A DNA stretch of 64,000 nucleotides. Source: a virus (lineage: Duplodnaviria > Caudoviricetes). A program made the translations under genes and the position numbers. Shown in pieces: positions 1 through 10,100 of this stretch (positions within the stretch are counted from its first letter, which is position 1; every line of letters starts with the position of its first letter). The notes under the pieces are model-generated. The model had not been told where the DNA came from and did no database searches. It worked only from the letters and a program-made list of their open reading frames with translations. The stretch lies in IMG/VR virus record IMGVR_UViG_3300038679_000016, positions 2,964 to 66,963 of that record; one strand, 5' to 3'.

Positions 1-463
1 CTCCATCAACAGTAATTAATCCAGTTGATGCTCCTTGTATCCCTGCCATAGCTGCGGTTGAGCCACCAGTTATGTTGCCATTAAATACTAGAGCGCAGGT
101 TGAACCTTGATAAATTCCAACTGATCCACCACCCGCTAAGGTGCCATTCACAGTCAAAGTCAAAGCAGGTTTTGCACCAGTTACACTAATAAAGCCAGTG
201 GCCCCCTTGCTTCCCGGTGTAATTGTACCCAGATTCATAGTTACATTGGCATCAATCGTAGCCATCGGGACAGTTATCTGGTCGTTACCAGTTATTGATG
301 TGAAGGCACCCGCAGCCGGAACTGTAGCAATATTCAATGTCATTGGATGCGAAATAGTTACAATATCTCCAGCAGCAGGAACCCGATTAGCAGCAAGGTC
401 GTCAATCCAGTTTGCCGCCGTATTCCATGCCGTGCCAGCACCATTCGTAGTACAAGTTGCCAT
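1..463 (-). CDS. Virion fibre/beta-helix-like protein, N-terminal part (runs off window start)
   Basis: ATG at 463 with GAGGT RBS; MATCTTNGAGTAWNTAANWIDD...VPAAGDIVTISH, Gly/Thr/Asn-rich; open to position 1; not in ORF track. Confidence 0.6.
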   Translation of the reverse strand, partial: MATCTTNGAGTAWNTAANWIDDLAANRVPAAGDIVTISHPMTLNIATVPAAGAFTSITGNDQITVPMATIDANVTMNLGTITPGSKGATGFISVTGAKPALTLTVNGTLAGGGSVGIYQGSTCALVFNGNITGGSTAAMAGIQGASTGLITVDG

Positions 464-474
464 ACCTCACCCCC

Positions 475-1407
475 TTAGAAATTATCCAGATAACCGATGA
501 AGTCCCATTTGGTTGCTGCTGAATTGTAAACGAAATTCAAGTACAGCGTCTTGCTGATTGTCGTGGTTGCGGGTAAGGCCAAGTCTGTTGAGGCCCGATA
601 AATTGCAACGTAGGTTAATGCCCTGGCCGTCCCGTTATCCAGAATCCGTACCATTAATCTCTGTCCATTCGTAGGAGTGCCTATCGGAGTCTGCAACTCA
701 GCCGCCGCAGCGAGAGCCGTAATAGTGAAAAACTCAACCTGTGTCCCGGTAGCCGTACCATCAGACGAGGGGTAAGGCGTGGCGCTGGTGGCGATAGTGC
801 CTGATAGGGGGAGCATCAAACCACTACCGACCTCTAACAGCAACTGACTGGGGTTGAACAGGATGATGTTGTCGACGTCAGTCACTTCCCCGATGATCTG
901 GACCTGATCACCTATGGTGCTGGGTGCGGTTCCTGTTACCAGTCCTGCCGTGGTGCGGTCCACATAGACCGGAGCGCCGTTGGTCGCCAGCACCCAGGCA
1001 TCATGGCGCATATAGCCGTAGATCATCAGGGTGATCGAGGCGTTCTCCGCTCCGCCCACCACCACCAACCGGGGGCACTCAGTCATGGTAGCCGAGGACG
1101 AAGATAGGCACTTCTCCCACTTGCTGTCTGCCGCCGCCAGGTAAACCACATCACCAGCAGCTGCAGCGTATCCCGCTATCCCGGTATGCGTGAAGCCGAT
1201 GTAGCCGTTGTCTGCCAGGGTTGCGTAGGCGGTCATAGAGATGATCGGATCACCGGTTATGGTTGACCATGTGCTGCCGCCAGACGCAGCTCCCGCAATC
1301 CACCGCCCCAAAGCAGCAGACCAAGATAAGGTATCAGCGTTTTGTTTAACTGAACCATCAGATCGAGTAGTCTCACGGGGAATGCTTGGACGAGTAATTA
1401 AGCCCAT
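475..1407 (-). CDS. Tail fibre/appendage protein
   Basis: 310 aa beta-rich; GDVVYL...GAPVYV module and C-terminal PTNGQRLMVRILDNGTARAL fibre-tip-like module; GGAG RBS. Confidence 0.6.
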   Translation of the reverse strand: MGLITRPSIPRETTRSDGSVKQNADTLSWSAALGRWIAGAASGGSTWSTITGDPIISMTAYATLADNGYIGFTHTGIAGYAAAAGDVVYLAAADSKWEKCLSSSSATMTECPRLVVVGGAENASITLMIYGYMRHDAWVLATNGAPVYVDRTTAGLVTGTAPSTIGDQVQIIGEVTDVDNIILFNPSQLLLEVGSGLMLPLSGTIATSATPYPSSDGTATGTQVEFFTITALAAAAELQTPIGTPTNGQRLMVRILDNGTARALTYVAIYRASTDLALPATTTISKTLYLNFVYNSAATKWDFIGYLDNF

Positions 1408-1422
1408 TGTTTATTCCTCCAA

Positions 1423-3699
1423 CTAAGGTGTAGTAGCTCCGTGGTTGTATATGGTAGACCAATTTGATCCGTCCCACAGGAACTCGACAGTAGCGCCAAG
1501 GAGATCGAAGTTAAATCTCTCTGGATTGCTTGTAACATGGTTTGCTACGTCCAAAGTACAAGGTACATTAGCAGCATTAGTCAAACGTACAGTTTGTCGC
1601 TGTCCTGGATACGTACCATTTGGTAGATCCATGTCGATAACACCAAGAGTAGAATCAATATTCACAACCCTTGGAAGTATGCCAGTAACCGGCAGTGTTA
1701 TTGTTCCTGGAGTTGTGCTTGCCGTAGTGACTAGGTAATTCGCTACTCCAAACTCGAACCCATCCACCAGCAAATTAGCAGTCCCACCATTTTTACTCGT
1801 ATGGAAAACATCCATGTAGTGGTTAGCTGTAGTAAAATCCACCATCTCATGAATGAATTCGTACCAAGTCCAAGTGGTAGAATTAACACAATGATAGATA
1901 GGACGAAAATCAGCATTAACCGGATTCACACAAACTGTGTTTGTGCTAGCTCCAGCATCTACTCTCGCCCTAATTCTAACTACAAAATTAGTAGCAGAAG
2001 TACCAAGAAATTGACGAAGATCAAACGAGGCACAAATTTTTGGGATCACAGCATCAACAGCAGTCGATTTCAAAGCAGTTTGTGCATCATTGACCACATT
2101 AGCATCAGCTTCAAAAGGAATAGCATAAGTGCCTCTGCTCATTTTATGGACAGAATAAAAACCAGGGAGCTCTCGGCTTGGTAGATATCCAGGAAATAAA
2201 CTCGTGCTATACCCTCGCCAAGCTCTGTTAATTAACTGTTGGTATGTACTTACATTAACATTTAGTGCATCAATAAAAGCAGCAGCATTGCTGGCAAGGG
2301 TATTATCTTGTTCTATAGTAGTAGGAGCATTAGCCGCAAGATATAAACCGTTAATAGCTCCAGCAGTTGCGCCACCATAATATCTATTTCCTCTTATGAT
2401 ATTTCCCGAATTACCAGCAGAACCAGCCAGCCCATCATCATTTACACCTCCAATCCAGATCATATTGGTATATCTACCGTAAGAAGTACCAAAATTGCCA
2501 AAGGTGTTATCACTAATATGTGCTCTCGATAGAGAACCAAGATGCAATATATTAGTATCTACGGTATTCAAGATGGTTAAATCATCGAGCTCTAGCTTAT
2601 TCCCCTCAAACCAGAAACCATCCATATTAGCCAGAGAGGAAAGTTGCAACCACCTTCCTTTATTAGAACTCCATACGTTATTCCTCATGGAAACATTACT
2701 CGAACCGTAGGCATAATCTAATGGAGATGGCCCATCGAAATATACCGCCCTGCCAGTATCGAGAGCTCCACAGTCAAGTATAAAATTATCGTGGAACTGT
2801 AATTCCCACGCAGTCCTAAATCTTACGCCAGTACCAGCTACGTCAGTAAATAGACAGTTAGTAATCTTAGCTAGGTGACTATATTCCAATACAAAAGCAG
2901 CATCGGATATAGTCTTATTGTCACCACTGATTGTAATACCCCGCAACTGAGAATGCACAAAGGTTTCAGCTGGATTAACCATAGTACCCTGCATCTTCAA
3001 TACATAGGCTTGATTTCCGGCTGCCTTCAGAACTGATCCCGTTACTGTTCCATAAGACATAGGACAGTCAGATATCATAGATAAAGTCTTCGATACCAGC
3101 AATCCGGTAGTTTTATACACCCCTTTAGCAAGTAATATAACCCCACCTTCTGCACACGCAGCAACAGAAGCGGTGAGTGCAGTTGAATCATCAGTTGTTC
3201 CATTCCCTATTGCTCCAAACCACTCTGGAAAGACAGTCTTAAGGCCAGCTACTGCTCCTGTTCCAGTCAGCACAAAGATTTTATACCGACCTGCATCGAG
3301 CTGGCCGTTAATAGTAAGAGTCTTAGTTGTGGCAACAGTAATAAAAGCACCACTACTAGGCCTCAAAGCGATGTTAGAATTCACAGTTAAATCTGCAGAT
3401 ACAGTATGTGTGCCAGCTGGCACATAGAGCGTAGTAGCCACACCAGATGCATTCAGTGTAGCCACGGCAGCCGCAAAGGTACTGTATCCAGATACATTAG
3501 TATCACCAACCCACACTTCTCTAGCCAACCGAGTATCCACACGATCCTGGCTGGTGTTGAAGTTGGTATAATCGGTGGTGCCCTGTGTAGTTAGCTGAGG
3601 TTTGTACGAGAATTTATTAGTAGACCAAGCACCAGCAGCCCAAGCAACTCCACTCAGAGCCAGAACAAACATTACAGTTTTAAGCAGATTCTTGTACAT
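1423..3699 (-). CDS. Tailspike-like right-handed beta-helix (pectate-lyase-like) protein with apparent N-terminal signal peptide
   Basis: PEWFGAIGNGTTDDSTA...GGVILLAKGVY tailspike entry motif followed by Asn/Gly-rich beta-helix repeats. Confidence 0.75.
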   Translation of the reverse strand: MYKNLLKTVMFVLALSGVAWAAGAWSTNKFSYKPQLTTQGTTDYTNFNTSQDRVDTRLAREVWVGDTNVSGYSTFAAAVATLNASGVATTLYVPAGTHTVSADLTVNSNIALRPSSGAFITVATTKTLTINGQLDAGRYKIFVLTGTGAVAGLKTVFPEWFGAIGNGTTDDSTALTASVAACAEGGVILLAKGVYKTTGLLVSKTLSMISDCPMSYGTVTGSVLKAAGNQAYVLKMQGTMVNPAETFVHSQLRGITISGDNKTISDAAFVLEYSHLAKITNCLFTDVAGTGVRFRTAWELQFHDNFILDCGALDTGRAVYFDGPSPLDYAYGSSNVSMRNNVWSSNKGRWLQLSSLANMDGFWFEGNKLELDDLTILNTVDTNILHLGSLSRAHISDNTFGNFGTSYGRYTNMIWIGGVNDDGLAGSAGNSGNIIRGNRYYGGATAGAINGLYLAANAPTTIEQDNTLASNAAAFIDALNVNVSTYQQLINRAWRGYSTSLFPGYLPSRELPGFYSVHKMSRGTYAIPFEADANVVNDAQTALKSTAVDAVIPKICASFDLRQFLGTSATNFVVRIRARVDAGASTNTVCVNPVNADFRPIYHCVNSTTWTWYEFIHEMVDFTTANHYMDVFHTSKNGGTANLLVDGFEFGVANYLVTTASTTPGTITLPVTGILPRVVNIDSTLGVIDMDLPNGTYPGQRQTVRLTNAANVPCTLDVANHVTSNPERFNFDLLGATVEFLWDGSNWSTIYNHGATTP

Positions 3700-3726
3700 G
3701 GTTTAAATTTCTCCGCTATAAATAAT

Positions 3727-3745
3727 CATGTTAAAATTTAACATG
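3727..3745. promoter_or_regulatory. Dispersed palindrome copy 1 (flanks +)
   Basis: aataat CATGTTAAAATTTAACATG gttcct; intergenic. Confidence 0.85.
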
Positions 3746-3755
3746 GTTCCTGCCA

Positions 3756-4109
3756 TCATATTGTTGCGCCACCCTGCAGCTGAACCTTACCAACCGCATC
3801 TTCCAAGAATAATGATACTTCCTTTGTATCAAAGGGCCTACAACTGGCTAATGTAATACGCAGAAAACCAAAATCCGGCCATGTCGAGATAACTAGAAAT
3901 GATTCTACTAGTCGTTGATATACCTGTATGCCATGTCCACCTTTACCTTCGGTAGTAGGATAGCAAGCGCAATCAGGTTCTCCATCACAGGTCATACCAA
4001 CCAGCTTAACTAACTGTCTGGCCAACTGGATAATCTCATTGACAGACAGTTGCTTAAGGGAGGCTACCCGCCAGCACCATTGAGTCTCGACTAGGCCAAG
4101 CTGCGTCAT
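3756..4109 (-). CDS. Divergent S-adenosylmethionine decarboxylase (SpeD/SpeH)-like proenzyme
   Basis: GHGIQVYQRLVESFLVISTWPDFGFLRITLASC aligns with the family pattern G.SG...L.ESH.SIHTWPE.G....D.FTC. Confidence 0.6.
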   Translation of the reverse strand: MTQLGLVETQWCWRVASLKQLSVNEIIQLARQLVKLVGMTCDGEPDCACYPTTEGKGGHGIQVYQRLVESFLVISTWPDFGFLRITLASCRPFDTKEVSLFLEDAVGKVQLQGGATI

Positions 4110-4127
4110 TCCATAGATCCTCCCAGC

Positions 4128-7100
4128 TTATTGATTGAAAATTGACTTTCCTGTATTAGGCTTTGGCACAGCGGGCTGCACTATCTTCCCTTTGCTTTGC
4201 TCCAGTACCTGATCTACTATTCTATTCGTGTGTTTTGCTGCAGCAATCATAGCCAGATAAATCCTATCTACAGTCTCACGCTTTTGATCCGGCGACATAT
4301 CCTTACTGCGTTCTATCAGATGCGCAAACTTAGACATTTCGTTAAACGCATCAGTCATGCTTCCAAGATTCATAGCAGTGTCAGGTCCCAGCTCATTAAT
4401 CAAAGGCAATAGTTTATGCTGTTTTCCCTCCATAGCCATATCCATTACCTGAGATGTTAGGAACCTCATCTTCGCTGCCGACTTAACTGTCCTCTCCCGA
4501 AATCGCTGCAACGGTTCAGCATCTAGTGACGGGTACCGAGCAAAGAAAGCCCGTACAACTGGCGTGTCGGACAACCGCGCAGTTGGCGGAGGCACAACTG
4601 TCAGGACGCCAGATTTACGAAGACTATAATCCGTGGCATCAGTAAACATACGGCCAGTTCCGCCGGTCCAGGACACTAACAAATGGTTCAACGCAATAGG
4701 GGAAGCCATCCATGATTCACCTACAATCGGAATATTGCTAACCATATTACCAACAGCCTTTATAGTTTCAGGTGTATCACCACTAAATTGAAACTTTGCT
4801 GGCAAGTCCTTCTTCCACCCCGGCATTAATGGAGTACCGGTAAACAATTTCTTATTAGCCCATATCTCAATAATTGGAGTTATGGCAGTAGGCAGTGGAA
4901 AATCTGGAACTTCCTTCCCAATTGCTTCCAGCAAACCATCGTAGGCATGAGGATCTTTCTCCAGTATGCTACGCATTATACGCTGCGGAATTGCACCATA
5001 CAGCAGACCGTATGTCCAGGGCTTGGGCAGCGATACAACTCCATAACTAGAAGGAATGTTAAAAAACAAATCCTTTCTCCAAGCCGGTAAGTCCTGATAA
5101 CGAGGATCATCCCCAAAGACAGCTTCCAATAGCATAGAAGGAATCGTAACAGCTGCAATTGCTTTAGCCATAGTTGACAGTGGACGCTCCTTGTGAGTAC
5201 GGATGAACTTGTCAACACCCTGCACACCAGGATTCCAGAAAGCTGTTACCATATTTATAAACTTAGCCGTAGCTGCTCCGCCCTTTCGAGAAAAGTTGAC
5301 AGTGAAATCTTTCGATTGGTAGCCAGCTTCTTGAACTGCCTCTGGATGGCCTTCTTCAATAGGAGTGCTTTTTATAAACTTACCTAATCCTGCACCCTCA
5401 GCCAGTAATTTCAGTCCTTCTACTGGGTGCTTAGCTAAAAACTTTGCCTGCGTTAATTCATTTGATTCAAGCCCTTTTAAATCATCCTGCAGTGTCATGC
5501 CCTTCTTAAATTCTCCGATCCGAGTACCGCGCTCCGAATATTCAGACAATAGTTTTGCTGCCTCAATAGGATGGTACACAAGAAAGCCCGGCATACTCAA
5601 CTTACCAGATAGTACGTCACGTAATTTATTCTGCAGCAGCCGGCGATCCATTGATACTAGTTCGCCGTGCGGCGCGCCACTGATCATATACTTCCAGTAC
5701 TGTTCTCCACCACGAGCCATTTCTGCAATGCCACGATATAGATCAACAAAAGGCACATATCCATACTTACTGTGGATAAAGGCAGTACCCTGATCTTTTA
5801 ATGGATTCTTTCCCCAGAATTCAGGATACAAAGTAGTAGCGCCAAGGCGTAGTGCTTGTGCTGGCACAGATAACAGCCTAGTGAGTACATCAGCCGAAGT
5901 CTCGTTCATTCCCTTCACAACATCAGCAATTTCCTTCGGCACTCTATAGAACTTACGTACTCCATTTTCCCATACAGAGATAGTACTAGGACTTGGCTGG
6001 AAAGCACTGGGTCTAAATATTACCATATCACTTTCAGTCAGTCCACTCTTTTCCAGATTCTCCCTTACAGCTTTATTTCTAATAACCTCCCGCAGCTGAA
6101 TATCAATAGGAATAGCAGCAGCGTTTATCTCATAAATAGTATCTCCAAATGCGCCACTTTTCTTTGACCACCTAATCAAACTAGCTGCCACATTATTCCG
6201 TTCAGCTGCGTTTACTAAGGCATACGTTAATCTGACCGTAGATTCCAGTGGATCAATAATCTCACGCTCTGAACCGACAAACCGTTTGATAACCTGAGAA
6301 GCTTGGAAGCCTTTACCACCAGCAGTCTTTGGTTCCAGATCCATTACCCTTAATAATGGAGCATAGTCATTACTATCCTTTTTAATCTGAATATAGTGCT
6401 CAGGGCTTATTAATCCAGAATCTACGGCAAATTGTAGAATAGAATCAGTATACAGATCATATTGTGCAACACTCTCACCGAACTTATCGCCCAACTCCTC
6501 TACAGTTTTCAGTGCTGCCTCGAGATCTACACCAGTTTCCAGTCCACGCCTTGCTCTTTCTACAGATCTCCTCGCTACTAAGAAAGTACGGAACTGTTCA
6601 ATATTACCGGCAGCTTCAATAGGTTTATATATATCCGCCAGTCCTTTAACATTATGTTTAAACTGAAATGTGTTACGATCCCAAGGATGATACTTAATAA
6701 ATGCCTCCGCCTTCCCTGGCCATCCAGGAAACAGTATACCTTGTTTATACGGATCGTCAGTAATCCTTGGAGACTCTTTACTGTACTGTTCCATATATTT
6801 CTTAAATGGATGCACCTCGTCCACAATCGCAGTGTACACATCAGTCGGTGTAGTCCACGTCTTCTTCTCATGATCGCCCACAGATATCCGAGATGCAACT
6901 TCCAACTGTGCCGGAGTCATCCCCTTCAGCACTTTCGGAGCATTGCCAGTTCTGAGCAACGACTTAAACCACTCCGACGTATCCGGGCCACCGCTGAACA
7001 TATACTGTCCCTTTGTCAGGACAGTTTCTTTCATGCTGGGGGTTATGTCGAGGGTGTAGACCTCGCCCACTCCGCCATCTTGTTTGCGCAGAAATTCTAG

Positions 7101-10100
7101 GGCTCTGTTTGTTGCTTCCGCTTTAGTTCTTCCAAGCCCTATAAGCATTCCTCGGCCAGCATTCTCCCAAACTCCCCACCCTTTATCAAGCCCAGAAGGA
7201 AACTGGTCTGCGATATCTCCATGAAGATCTGCTTCAGGACGCACATCTTTAGTAACAAAACTTTCTACAAGAACATTATCTGGTAATTCAGTAATCTCTG
7301 TGCCAATATTAGTCTTCTTTGTACGCGCCCCCCACTGCTTCCCATACTTATCCATAAAGACCGGCATACCAAACACTTTCTCACCAGTCGTGGGGTTGAT
7401 ACTGTCGTACTGTTTGTTGGCCCACTCGCCACCGAGCTTGAGGTCGACGCCGACCAGTCGCACCACTCCAGGTTTAACTGCATCTGATGTATTAAAGTAG
7501 TATTCTAAAGCTCGTTCTTTAGTCTGCGATCTTGTCCAGTTAAGCAAAGAACCATCCTCTCGTACATACCACTCATTCTCATACTGTACGAGCTCAGAAT
7601 CCTTTGGAAGCTTAAGTTCTTTTACTTCAGCCTTAACCAACTTCTCCGCCATATCCTCCGCAATACCAGCATCCTTTATCGCCTTAGCATCTTTGAATAC
7701 TCCAACGTCAACCTTGTCTCCAGTATCCAGCCGCTTCGCCGTTACTTTATAGCCCTCCGGAGTCTTCTCCGAGCTAACATTATCATACACCTTCGACAAA
7801 TTATACCTTTCCTTCACCATATCCCCACTCACCCACGCTAGCCCATCATAGCCCTCCTCCGACGCCTGACGAAGCATCTTCTTCATGGCTACTTTCATCC
7901 AGTTTCCTTGGAAGGGAAAGGGGGGGACGCCCGGAGTTTTTTCTTCGTGAACAAAATAACCCTTATCGTTTCCTCCATACCTTTTTAATTCTGCATTAGC
8001 TGCGTCTTTAGTTTCGTACACTATAATCCAGCGTCCGTCCGGGGCAATAACAAAGTACTCAGATTTACCATCACTGTACCCCTTCGTCCGCCCCTCATGT
8101 GCCCAATCCGACTGCAACTCTGCAATTGTCAGATACTTCTTCCCGTTAATCACCTGGTCGAAGGTGAATGCGTGGAAGATACGGTTGACGTCAGCGGTAG
8201 GGTCGCCAGTTGAATGAGCCTTATCGAACGTAACTTCTTCAGATGGCCACACTCCATAGAACTCCCGATAGTTAGTTGCACCGGAAGGGAGGTTCATGTA
8301 GGACTGGAACTTGGTCGCAGAAGGTGCCTCGTAGCCAGACAAGGAATCAGCCATTAACTCAGCATCTAAGTCAGCTCGTTCTGTTACTGTTAAATCACTA
8401 TAGTCTCTTCCATACGTATTTTGGGCAGCTATATTCTTATCAGCTTGTTCAGTCTTGTCACCGCCCTTCTCCACCACCCTCAGCTCCACCTTATTCTGCT
8501 CCAGAAAATCCACCACCTCCTGCCTCGTAACTTTCCCCTTTCGTTCCTGCAACCACGGCACCACGCCAGTCCACTTCACCCCATCTCCCTCAGGCATCAC
8601 ACCTTTACTGATCCAGTTCTGGATCGTGTTGGCTAGTCCCTGGCCAGTGCCAACATTGGGCAGCTTCTTCCCGATGAACCGTTGAGCACGACTGTACCAT
8701 ACAGGAGCCAGCTTCCGCATCAGCTCGGAGGTGTCTGGCCCACCGGAGTACATCGGAATAACGCCTTCGTCTTCGATACCAGTTTGCCGTTTTCCTTCCT
8801 TGGCAGCCAACTGAGCCTGTTCTGCTGCTGCCGCATCTGCCGCGGTAGAAACTGGAGTCCCAGCATAGTTCTTTCTCAACTCCTCCCTATAATTCCTCAG
8901 TGCTTCATCCGCTGCATCAACTCCTCGCTCCACTTTAATCTGCTCATACCAATCATATGTACGCTTAAAGTTTTCCTTAAACGCCTGCTGTTCCGCAATA
9001 GCTTGCCCTTCCACTTTCGCCGCTTCATTTGCCCGATCAGAAAGTGGAGTTAATCCAGGAACTGGCTCAGCCGGCCCAGGCACATTCGGCTCAGCACCAC
9101 TGGCCATCGTCCTCGGAGTTTGCAGACCAGGAGCCCCTGGAGAAAAACCATACTGTTCCCACGCCACCGACTCTGGTGCAGTCCTCTGCCCAATCAACGC
9201 AGCCTTTATCTTGTCCTGCAGAATCATATCTTGTGTAGAACTTAACGGATCGCCTTTTCGCAGCGCATTAACAACTTCAGGTGGCAGGTCAGCAGGAGTC
9301 ACTAGGGCAGCTTCCTCGCCAGCCACATATTCCTGCTTCAGCTTCTCTGTGCCAGCCTGCACTTCTTCAGGTGTAGGCTCGGGTACACGCTGTTCTGGAG
9401 TTGCTCTGTCAGCCGCGTACTGTTTTCTGAATCCTTCCAGCTTATCCTGTAATGCCTGAACTTCAGCATCGGTTATATTATTTTCCTTTATAAAATCCTT
9501 AACTTCAACTGTAGCCCTCTCTGGCTTAGTCTTCATAATATTATGAAGAATAGCCATCGTCGCAAAGGCTTCAGCCAACTTTTCCGGATCACGTTCCCCA
9601 CCCGCTGCTGCAGAACCAGCGCCAGCCAGCCCCACCCCGACCGTTCCAGTTACCTTACCAGATGGTAACCCGCCGATAGTAAACAACGCAGCTGTAATAG
9701 GTGAGTGCCAAAGAGCTTTATCGATTCCATCCTTATCAGCTTCTTGATATCCAGTCAATACATCAACAGGCATAAAAGTAGCAAGATTAAACAGTAACTT
9801 TTCGTAGAAGGTAGACGCTGGAGTTAGCACCATGCCCATACCTTGAGCAACTTTTCCAGCAGCAGCATACGGAATCAGCGTACCTAATACTCTGCCAGGA
9901 GCTCTCACTAATCCTTCACCAGAATAGTGCTTTTCTCCCTCAGGACGTAATACCTGTTCAACTATGCCACGAGGCTCTTCGCCCTCCGCTTCAGTTCCAT
10001 ATCTACCTGGACCAACTCTTCTGTCTCGACCAAGATCACGTAGAACATCTCTGTCAGCAGTTTCAAGAGGCTCAAATACTTTCCTGGCAGCCTTTGCAAT

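Noticed and set aside
3726-3746. Palindrome half-site TCATGTTAAA(T) matches the XerD arm of dif (TTATGTTAAAT) at 10 of 11 positions
   Set aside because: The arms are back-to-back with a 1-nt centre, and there is no XerC arm or 6-bp spacer at the dif distance in the copy checked, so it is not a canonical dif site (XerD binding itself is untested)
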